The notes beneath the pieces were generated by a model. That model searched no databases. It worked only from the letters and a program-made list of their open reading frames with translations, and was not told the origin of the DNA. Shown one piece after another: positions 1 to 10,936 of a stretch of 32,724 nt of DNA; the stretch's first letter is position 1; each line of letters starts with the position of its first letter. The DNA lies in the NCBI RefSeq assembly GCF_964204645.1, contig NC_134036.1, positions 11,515,763-11,548,486 of the forward strand. The letters run 5' to 3'. A program made the translations under genes and the position numbers. Source of the stretch: Tubulanus polymorphus (Eukaryota > Animalia > Nemertea).

Positions 1-734
1 CCTTCCTGACCGGTGCCGGGCCGTAACGCTGTTCATGGCCCGGTCAGCACTTAGTCGTTTTTCGAACAACAACCGCCGACACACTGACTAACGGGCGGAC
101 GACTGTCCTAGTGCCTCCCTCCCTCCCTCACTGCACCGGGTCGTAACGCTGATCATGGCCCGGTCAGCACTTAGTCGTTTTTCGAACAACCACCGCCGGC
201 ACACTGACGACCGGACGGACGACCGACCTACTGCCTCCCTCCCTCCCTCACTGCACCGGGTCGTAACGCTGATCTAGGCCCGGTCAGCACTTAGTCGTTT
301 TTCGAACTACCACCGCCGGCACACTGACGAACGGATGGACGACCGACCTACTGCCTCCCTCCCTCCCGCCCTGACCAGCGCCGGGTCGTAACGCTGATCA
401 AGGCCCGGTCAGCCCTTAGTCATTTTTCGAACAACCATCACTGCCGGCACACTGACAAACGGACGGACGACCGACCTAGTGCCTCCCTCCCTCCTTCAAT
501 GCTCCGGGTCGTAACGCTGATCAAGGACCGGTCAGCACTTAGTCGTTTTTCGAACTACCACCGCCGGCACAATGACGAACGGACGGACGACCGACCTACT
601 GCCTCCCTCCCTCCCTCCCTGACCGGTGCCGGGTCGTAACGCTGATCAAGGCCCGGTCAGCACTTAGTCGTTTTTCGAACAACAACCGCCGACACACTGA
701 CTAACGGGCGGACGACTGTCCTAGTGCCTCCCTC

Positions 735-1430
735 CCTCCCTCACTGCACCGGGTCGTAACGCTGATCAAGGCCCGGTCAGCACTTAGTCGTTTTTCGAAC
801 AACCACCAGCGGCACTCTGGCGAACGGACGGACGACCGACCTACTGCCTCCCTCCCTCCGTCACTTCTCCGGGTCGTAACGCTGATCAAGGCCCGGTCAG
901 CACTTAGTCGTTTTTCGAACAACCACCAGCGGCACACTGGCGAACGGACGGACGACCGACCTACTGCCTCCCTCCCTCCCTCACTGCACCGGGTCGTAAC
1001 GCTGATCAAGGCCCGGTCAGCACTTAGTCGTTTTTCGAACTACCACCGCCGGCACACTGACGAACGGATGGACGACCGACCTACTGCCTCCCTCCCTCCC
1101 TCCCTCACTGCACCGGGTCGTAACGCTGATCAAGGCCCGGTCAGCACTTAGTCGTTTTTCGAACAACCACCAGCGGCACTCTGGCGAACGGACGGACGAC
1201 CGACCTACTGCCTCCCTCCCTCCGTCACTTCTCCGGGTCGTAACGCTGATCAAGGCCCGGTCAGCACTTAGTCGTTTTTCGAACAACCACCAGCGGCACA
1301 CTGGCGAACGGACGGACGACCGACCTACTGCCTCCCTCCCTCCCTCACTGCACCGGGTCGTAACGCTGATCAAGGCCCGGTCAGCACTTAGTCGTTTTTC
1401 GAACTACCACCGCCGGCACACTGACGAACG
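735..1430. repeat. Tandem duplication of a 364-bp trimer carrying private variants
   Basis: CACTCTGGCG and TCCGTCACTTCTCC each occur twice at offset 364 (861/1225); I did not see them elsewhere. Ends approximate. Confidence 0.85.
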
Positions 1431-3343
1431 AACGGACGACCGACCTACTGCCACCCTCCCTCCCTTCCTGACCGGTGCCGGGTCGTAACGCTGTACATGG
1501 CCCGGTCAGCACTTAGTCGTTTTTCGAACAGCAACCGCCGGCACACTGACGAACGGACGGACGACCGACCTACTGCCTCCCTCCCTCCCTCCCTGACCGG
1601 TGCCGGGTAGTAACGCTGATTAAGGCCCCGTCAGCACTTAGTCGTTTTTCGAACAACCACCGCCGGCACACTGACGAACGGACGGACGACCGACCTACTG
1701 CCACCCTCCCTCCCTTCCTGACCGGTGCCGGGCCGTAACGCTGTTCATGGCCCGGTCAGCACTTAGTCGTTTTTCGAACAACAACCGCCGACACACTGAC
1801 TAACGGGCGGACGACTGTCCTAGTGCCTCCCTCCCTCCCTCACTGCACCGGGTCGTAACGCTGATCATGGCCCGGTCAGCACTTAGTCGTTTTTCGAACA
1901 ACCACCGCCGGCACACTGACGACCGGACGGACGACCGACCTACTGCCTCCCTCCCTCCCTCACTGCACCGGGTCGTAACGCTGATCTAGGCCCGGTCAGC
2001 ACTTAGTCGTTTTTCGAACTACCACCGCCGGCACACTGACGAACGGATGGACGACCGACCTACTGCCTCCCTCCCTCCCGCCCTGACCAGCGCCGGGTCG
2101 TAACGCTGATCAAGGCCCGGTCAGCCCTTAGTCATTTTTCGAACAACCATCACTGCCGGCACACTGACAAACGGACGGACGACCGACCTAGTGCCTCCCT
2201 CCCTCCCTCCTTCAATGCTCCGGGTCGTAACGCTGATCAAGGCCCGGTCAGCACTTAGTCGTTTTTCGAACTACCACCGCCGGCACAATGACGAACGGAC
2301 GGACGACCGACCTACTGCCTCCCTCCCTCCCTCCCTGACCGGTGCCGGGTCGTAACGCTGATCAAGGCCCGGTCAGCACTTAGTCGTTTTTCGAACAACC
2401 ACCGCCGGCACACTGACGAACGAACGGACGACCGACCTACTGCCACCCTCCCTCCCTTCCTGACCGGTGCCGGGTCGTAACGCTGTTCATGGCCCGGTCA
2501 GCACTTAGTCGTTTTTCGAACAACAACCGCCGACACACTGACTAACGGGCGGAGGACTGTCCTAGTGCCTCCCTCCCTCCCTCACTGCACCGGGTCGTAA
2601 CGCTGATCATGGCCCGGTCAGCACTTAGTCGTTTTTCGAACAACCACCGCCGGCACACTGACGAACGGATGGACGACCGACCTACTGCCTCCCTCCCTCC
2701 CTCCCTCACTGCACCGGGTCGTAACGCTGATCAAGGCCCGGTCAGCACTTGGTCGTTTTTCGAACAACCACCGCCGGCACACTGACGAACGGACGGACGA
2801 CCGACCTACTGCCTCCCTCCCTCCCTCACTGCACCGGGTCGTAACGCTGATCAAGGCCCGGTCAGCACTTAGTCGTTTTTCGTACTACCACCGCCGGCTC
2901 ACTGACGAACGGATGGACGACCGACCTACTGCCTCCCTCCCTCCCTCCCTGACCAGCGCCGGGTCGTAACGCTGATCAAGGCCCGGTCAGCACTTAGTCG
3001 TTTTTCGAACTACTACCGCCGGCACACTGACGAACGGATGGACGACCGACCTACTGCCTCCCTTCCTCCCTCCCTCACTGCACCGGGTCGTAACGCTGAT
3101 CAAGACCCGGTCAGCACTTAGTCGTTTTTCGAACAACCACCGCCGGCACACTGACGAACGGACGGACGACCGACCTACTGCCTCCCTCCCTCCCTCACTG
3201 CACCGGGTCGTAACGCTGATCAAGGCCCGGTCAGCACTTAGTCGTTTTTCGAACTACCACCGCCGGCTCACTGACGAACGGATGGACGACCGACCTACTG
3301 CCTCCCTCCCTCCCTCACTGCTCCGGGTCGTAACGCTGATCAA

Positions 3344-6300
3344 GTCGTTTTTCGAACAACCAACTCTGCCGGCACACTGACGAACGGACGGACGACCGAC
3401 CTACTGTCCCCCTCCCTCCCACACCGCTCCGGGTCGTAACGCAGATCAAGGCCCGGTCAGCACTTAGTCGTTTTTCGAACAACCACCAACGGCACACTGG
3501 CGAACGGACGGACGACCGACCTACTGCCTCCCTCCCTCCCTCACTGCTCCGGGTCGTAACGCTGATCAAGGCCCGGTCAGCACTTAGTCGTTTTTCGAAC
3601 AACCACCGCCGGCACACTGACGAACGGATGGACGACCGACCTACTGCCTCCCTCCCTCCCTCCCTCCCTCACAGCACCGGGTCGTAACGCTGATCAAGGC
3701 CCGGTCAGCACTTAGTCGTTTTTCGAACAACCAACTCTGCCGGCACACTGACGAACGGACGGACGACCGACCTACTGTCCCCCTCCCTCCCAAACCGCTC
3801 CGGGTCGTAACGCAGATCAAGGCCCGGTCAGCACTTAGTCGTTTTTCGAACAACCACCAGCGGCACACTGGCGAACGGACGGACGACCGACCTACTGCCT
3901 CCCTCCCTCCCTCCCTGCTCCGGGTCGTAACGCTGATCAAGGCCCGGTCAGCACTTAGTCGTTTTTCGAACAACCACCGCCGGCACACTGACGAATGGAC
4001 GGACGACCGACCTACTGCCTCCCTCCCTCCCTCCCTCACTGCACCGGGTCGTAACGCTGATCAAGGCCCGGTCAGCACTTAGTCGTTTTTCGAACTACCA
4101 CCGCCGGCACACTGACGAACGGATGGACGACCGACCTACTGCCTCCCTCCCTCCCGCCCTGACCGGTGCCGGGTCGTAACGCTGATCAAGGCCCGGTCAG
4201 CACTTAGTCGTTTTTCGAACAACCATCGCCGGCACACTGACGAACGGACGGACGACCGACCTACTGCCTCCCTCCCTCCCTCACTGCACCGGGTCGTAAC
4301 GCTGATCAAGGCCCGGTCAGCACTTAGTCGTTTTTCGAACTACCACCGCCGGCACACTGACGAACGAACGGACGACCGACCTACTGCCTCCCTCCCTCCC
4401 TCAATGCTCCGGGTCGTAACGCTGATCAAGGCCCGGTCAGCACTTAGTCGTTTTTCGAACAACCACCGCCGGCACACTGACGAACGGACGGACGACCGAC
4501 CTACTGCCTCCCTCCCTCCCTCCCTGACCGGTGCCGGGTAGTAACGCTGATTAAGGCCCCGTCAGCACTTAGTCGTTTTTCGAACAACCACCGCCGGCAC
4601 ACTGACGAACGGACGGACAACCGACCTACTGCCACCCTCCCTCCCTTCCTGACCGGTGCCGGGCCGTAACGCTGTTCATGGCCCGGTCAGCACTTAGTCG
4701 TTTTTCGAACAACAACCGCCGACACACTGACTAACGGGCGGACGACTGTCCTAGTGCCTCCCTCCCTCCCTCACTGCACCGGGCCGTAACGCTGTTCATG
4801 GCCCGGTCAGCACTTAGTCGTTTTTCGAACAACAACCGCCGACACACTGACTAACGGGCGGACGACTGTCCTAGTGCCTCCCTCCCTCCCTCACTGCTCC
4901 GGGTCGTAACGCTGATTAAGGCCCCGTCAGCACTTAGTCGTTTTTCGAACAACCACCGCCGGCACACTGACGAACGGACGGACGACCGACCTACTGCCAC
5001 CCTCCCTCCCTTCCTGACCGGTGCCGGGCCGTAACGCTGTTCATGGCCCGGTCAGCACTTAGTCGTTTTTCGAACAACAACCGCCGACACACTGACTAAC
5101 GGGCGGACGACTGTCCTAGTGCCTCCCTCCCTCCCTCACTGCACCGGGTCGTAACGCTGATCATGGCCCGGTCAGCACTTAGTCGTTTTTCGAACAACCA
5201 CCGCCGGCACACTGACGACCGGACGGACGACCGACCTACTGCCTCCCTCCCTCCCTCACTGCACCGGGTCGTAACGCTGATCTAGGCCCGGTCAGCACTT
5301 AGTCGTTTTTCGAACTACCACCGCCGGCACACTGACGAACGGATGGACGACCGACCTACTGCCTCCCTCCCTCCCGCCCTGACCAGCGCCGGGTCGTAAC
5401 GCTGATCAAGGCCCGGTCAGCCCTTAGTCATTTTTCGAACAACCATCACTGCCGGCACACTGACAAACGGACGGACGACCGACCTAGTGCCTCCCTCCCT
5501 CCTTCAATGCTCCGGGTCGTAACGCTGATCAAGGCCCGGTCAGCACTTAGTCGTTTTTCGAACTACCACCGCCGGCACAATGACGAACGGACGGACGACC
5601 GACCTACTGCCTCCCTCCCTCCCTCCCTGACCGGTGCCGGGTCGTAACGCTGATCAAGGCCCGGTCAGCACTTAGTCGTTTTTCGAACAACCACCGCCGG
5701 CACACTGACGAACGAACGGACGACCGACCTACTGCCACCCTCCCTCCCTTCCTGACCGGTGCCGGGTCGTAACGCTGTTCATGGCCCGGTCAGCACTTAG
5801 TCGTTTTTCGAACAACAACCGCCGACACACTGACTAACGGGCGGAGGACTGTCCTAGTGCCTCCCTCCCTCCCTCACTGCACCGGGTCGTAACGCTGATC
5901 ATGGCCCGGTCAGCACTTAGTCGTTTTTCGAACAACCACCGCCGGCACACTGACGAACGGATGGACGACCGACCTACTGCCTCCCTCCCTCCCTCCCTCA
6001 CTGCACCGGGTCGTAACGCTGATCAAGGCCCGGTCAGCACTTGGTCGTTTTACGAACAACCACCGCCGGCACACTGACGAACGGACGGACGACCGACCTA
6101 CTGCCTCCCTCCCTCCCTCACTGCACCGGGTCGTAACGCTGATCAAGGCCCGGTCAGCACTTAGTCGTTTTTCGAACTACCACCGCCGGCTCACTGACGA
6201 ACGGATGGACGACCGACCTACTGCCTCCCTCCCTCCCTCACTGCTCCGGGTCGTAACGCTGATCAAGGCCCGGACAGCACTTAGTCGTTTTTCGAACAAC

Positions 6301-9300
6301 CACCAGCGGCACACTGGCGAACGGACGGACGACCGACCTACTGCCTCCCTCCCTCCCTCACTGCTCCGGGTCGTAACGCTGATCAAGGCCCGGTCAGCAC
6401 TTAGTCGTTTTACGAACAACCACCGCCGGCACACTGACGAACGGACGGACGACCGACCTACTGCCTCCCTCCCTCCCTCACTGCACCGGGTCGTAACGCT
6501 GATCAAGGCCCGGTCAGCACTTAGTCGTTTTTCGAACAACCACCGCCGGCACACTGACGAACGGACGGACGACCGACCTACTGCCTCCCTCCCTCCCTCA
6601 CTGCACCGGGTCGTAACGCTGATCAAGGCCCGGTCAGCACTTAGTCGTTTTTCGAACAACCACCGCCGGCACACTGGCGAACGGACGGACGACCGACCTA
6701 CTGCCTCCCTCCCTCCCTCACTGCTCCGGGTCGTAACGCTGATCAAGGCCCGGTCAGCACTTAGTCGTTTTTCGAACTACTACCGCCGGCACACTGACGA
6801 ACGGATGGACGACCGACCTACTGCCTCCCTTCCTCCCTCCCTCACTGCACCGGGTCGTAACGCTGATCAAGACCCGGTCAGCACTTAGTCGTTTTTCGAA
6901 CAACCACCGCCGGCACACTGACGAACGGACGGACGACCGACCTACTGCCTCCCTCCCTCCCTCACTGCACCGGGTCGCAACGCTGATCAAGGCCCGGTCA
7001 GCACTTAGTCGTTTTTCGAACAACCACCAGCGGCACACTGGCGAACGGACGGACGACCGACCTACTGCCTCCCTCCCTCCCTCACTGCTCCGGGTCGTAA
7101 CGCTGATCAAGGCCCGGTCAGCACTTAGTCGTTTTTCGAACAACCACCGCCGGCACACTGACGAACGGACGGACGACCGACCTACTGCCTCCCTCCCTCC
7201 CTCACTGCACCGGGTCGTAACGCTGATCAAGGCCCGGTCAGCACTTAGTCGTTTTTCGAACAACCACCGCCGGCACACTGACGAACGGACGGACGACCGA
7301 CCTACTGCCTCCCTCCCTCCCTCACTGCACCGGGTCGTAACGCTGATCAAGGCCCGGTCAGCACTTAGTCGTTTTTCGAACAACCACCAGCGGCACACTG
7401 GCGAACGGACGGACGACCGACCTACTGCCTCCCTCCCTCCCTCAATGCTCCGGGTCTTAACGCTGATCAAGGCCCGGTCAGCACTTAGTCGTTTTTCGAA
7501 CAACCACCGCCGGCACACTGGCGAACGGACGGACGACCGACCTACTGCCTCCCTCCCTCCCTCACTGCTCCGGGTCGTAACGCTGATCAAGGCCCGGTCA
7601 GCACTTAGTCGTTTTTCGAACAACCACCGCCGGCACACTGACGAACGGATGGACGACCGACCTACTGCCTCCCTCCCTCCCTCCCTCCCTCCCTCCCTCC
7701 CTCCCTCCCTCACAGCACCGGGTCGTAACGCTGATCAAGGCCCGGTCAGCACTTAGTCGTTTTTCGAACAACCAACTCTGCCGGCACACTGACGAACGGA
7801 TGGACGACCGACCTACTGTCCCCCTCCCTCCCACACCGCTCCGGGTCGTAACGCAGATCAAGGCCCGGTCAGCACTTAGTCGTTTTTCGAACAACCACCA
7901 GCGGCACACTGGCGAACGGACGGACGACCGACCTACTGCCTCCCTCCCTCCCTCACTGCTCCGGGTCGTAACGCTGATCAAGGCCCGGTCAGCACTTAGT
8001 CGTTTTTCGAACAACCACCGCCGGCACACTGACGAACGGATGGACGACCGACCTACTGCCTCCCTCCCTCCCTCCCTCCCTCACAGCACCGGGTCGTAAC
8101 GCTGATCAAGGCCCGGTCAGCACTTAGTCGTTTTTCGAACAACCAACTCTGCCGGCACACTGACGAACGGACGGACGACCGACCTACTGTCCCCCTCCCT
8201 CCCACACCGCTCCGGGTCGTAACGCTGATCAAGGCCCGGTCAGCACTTAGTCGTTTTTCGAACAACCACCAGCGGCACACTGGCGAACGGACGGACGACC
8301 GACCTACTGCCTCCCTCCCTCCCTCACTGCTCCGGGTCGTAACGCTGATCAAGACCCGGTCAGCACTTAGTCGTTTTTCGAACAACCACCGCCGGCACAC
8401 TGACGAACGGACGGACGACCGACCTACTGCCTCCCTCCCTCCCTCCCTGACCGGTGCCGGGTCGTAACGCTGATTAAGGCCCGGTCAGCACTTAGTCGTT
8501 TTTCGAACAACAACCGCCGACACACTGACTAACGGGCGGACGACTGTCCTAGTGCTTCCCTCCCTCCCTCACTGCACCGGGTCGTAACGCTGATTAAGGC
8601 CCGGTCAGCACTTAGTCGTTTTTCGATTAACCACCGCCGGCACACTGACGAACGGATGGACGACCGACCTACTGCCACCCTCCCTCCCTTCCTGACCGGT
8701 GCCGGGTCGTAACGCTGATCAAGGCCCGCTCAGCACTTAGTCGTTTTTCGAACAACCACCGCCGGCACACTGACGAACGGATGGACGACCGACCTACTGC
8801 CTCCCTCCCTCCCTCACAGCACCGGGTCGTAACGCTGATCAAGGCCCGGTCAGCACTTAGTCGTTTTTCGAACAACCAACTCTGCCGGCACACTGACGAA
8901 CGGACGGACGACCGACCTACTGTCCCCCTCCCTCCCACACTGCTCCGGGTCGTAACGCTGATCAAGGCCCGGTCAGCACTTAGTCGTTTTTCGAACTACC
9001 ACCGCCGGCACACTGACCAACGAACGGACGACCGACCTACTGCCACCCTCCCTCCCTTCCTGACCGGTGCCGGGTCGTAACGCTGTGCATGGCCCGGTCA
9101 GCACTTAGTCGTTTTTCGAACAACCACCGCCGGCACACTGACGACTGGACGGACGACCGACCTACTGCCTCCCTCCCTCCCTCACTGCACCGGGTCGTAA
9201 CGCTGATCTAGGCCCGGTCAGCACTTAGTCGTTTTTCGAACAACCACCAGCGGCACACTGGCGAACGGACGGACGACCGACCTACTGCCTCCCTCCCTCC

Positions 9301-10936
9301 CTCACTGCTCCGGGTCGTAACGCTGATCAAGGCCCGGTCAGCACTTAGTCGTTTTTCGAACAACCACCGCCGGCACACTGACGAACGGACGGACGACCGA
9401 CCTACTGCCTCCCTCCCTCCCTCACTGCACCGGGTCGTAACGCTGATCAAGGCCCGGTCAGCACTTAGTCGTTTTTCGAACAACCACCGCCGGCACACTG
9501 ACGAACGGACGGACGACCGACCTACTGCCTCCCTCCCTGCCTCACTGCACCGGGTCGTAACGCTGATCAAGGCCCGGTCAGCACTTAGTCGTTTTTCGAA
9601 CAACCACCAGCGGCACACTGGCGAACGGACGGACGACCGACCTACTGCCTCCCTCCCTCCCTCAATGCTCCGGGTCGTAACGCTGATCAAGGCCCGGTCA
9701 GCACTTAGTCGTTTTTCGAACAACCACCGCCGGCACACTGGCGAACGGACGGACGACCGACCTACTGCCTCCCTCCCTCCCTCACTGCTCCGGGTCGTAA
9801 CGCTGATCAAGGCCCGGTCAGCACTTAGTCGTTTTTCGAACAACCACCGCCGGCACACTGACGAACGGATGGACGACCGACCTACTGCCTCCCTCCCTCC
9901 CTCCCTCCCTCACAGCACCGGGTCGTAACGCTGATCAAGGCCCGGTCAGCACTTAGTCGTTTTTCGAACAACCAACTCTGCCGGCACACTGACGAACGGA
10001 CGGACGACCGACCTACTGTCCCCCTCCCTCCCACACCGCTCCGGGTCGTAACGCAGATCAAGGCCCGGTCAGCACTTAGTCGTTTTTCGAACAACCACCA
10101 GCGGCACACTGGCGAACGGACGGACGGACGACCGACCTACTGCCTCCCTCCCTCCCTCACTGCTCCGGGTCGTAACGCTGATCAAGGCCCGGTCAGCACT
10201 TAGTCGTTTTTCGAACAACCACCGCCGGCACACTGACGAACGGATGGACGACCGACCTACTGCCTCCCTCCCTCCCTCCCTCCCTCACAGCACCGGGTCG
10301 TAACGCTGATCAAGGCCCGGTCAGCACTTAGTCGTTTTTCGAACAACCAACTCTGCTGGCACACTGACGAACGGACGGACGACCGACCTACTGTCCCCCT
10401 CCCTCCCACACCGCTCCGGGTCGTAACGCTGATCAAGGCCCGGTCAGCACTTAGTCGTTTTTCGAACAACCACCAGCGGCACACTGGCGAACGGACGGAC
10501 GACCGACCTACTGCCTCCCTCCCTCCCTCACTGCTCCGGGTCGTAACGCTGATCAAGGCCCGGTCAGCACTTAGTCGTTTTTCGAACAACCACCGCCGGC
10601 ACACTGACGAACGGACGGACGACCGACCTACTGCCTCCCTCCCTCCCTCCCTGACCGGTGCCGGGTCGTAACGCTGATTAAGGCCCGGTCAGCACTTAGT
10701 CGTTTTTCGAACAACCACCGCCGGCACACTGACGAACGGATGGACGACCGACCTACTGCCACCCTCCCTCCCTTCCTGACCGGTGCCGGGTCGTAACGCT
10801 GATCAAGGCCCGCTCAGCACTTAGTCGTTTTTCGAACAACCAACTCTGCCGGCACACTGACGAACGGACGGACGACCGACCTACTGTACCCCTCCCTCCC
10901 ACACTGCTCCGGGTCGTAACGCTGATCAAGGCCCGG
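3344..10936. repeat. Higher-order block A, copy 1 (~7.6 kb, ~62 monomers), near-identical to 13281-20861
   Basis: Rare variants recur at offset 9937 (CACCAACGG 3484/13421; ORFs 5910/15847 and 7445/17382). After a 12-bp CCCT length difference the offset becomes 9925 (GTACCCCTCC 10886/20811). Confidence 0.93.
7668..7710. repeat. Longest embedded microsatellite, CCT(CCCT)10 (the usual monomer has 3 units)
   Basis: Direct count 7671-7710. Other expansions: 9 units at 13200-13235, and 7 units at 17608-17635 and 30927-30954. Confidence 0.95.

Noticed and set aside
6301-6319. Linked CACCAGCGG + CTGGCG variants forming a CCAG/CTGG mini-stem
   Set aside because: The stem is only 4 bp, and the linkage is explained by shared descent of amplified monomers.
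6527-6541. Minus-strand GTTCGAAAA resembling a Pol III B box, and plus-strand T5 resembling a Pol III terminator
   Set aside because: The B box lacks the conserved C, there is no convincing A box or tRNA cloverleaf, and the two motifs lie on opposite strands.
6530-6546. TTCG...A resembling a CENP-B box (NTTCGNNNNANNCGGGN)
   Set aside because: The required CGGG is absent at the correct spacing on both strands.
6554-6560. CTGACGA matches the hammerhead ribozyme core CUGANGA (as in newt satellite 2, Schistosoma SM-alpha and Dolichopoda pDo500)
   Set aside because: The consensus plus strand has no GAAA and no stem II after the motif. The minus strand has GAAA but no CUGANGA. An Infernal or RNAmotif search on a dimer would settle it.
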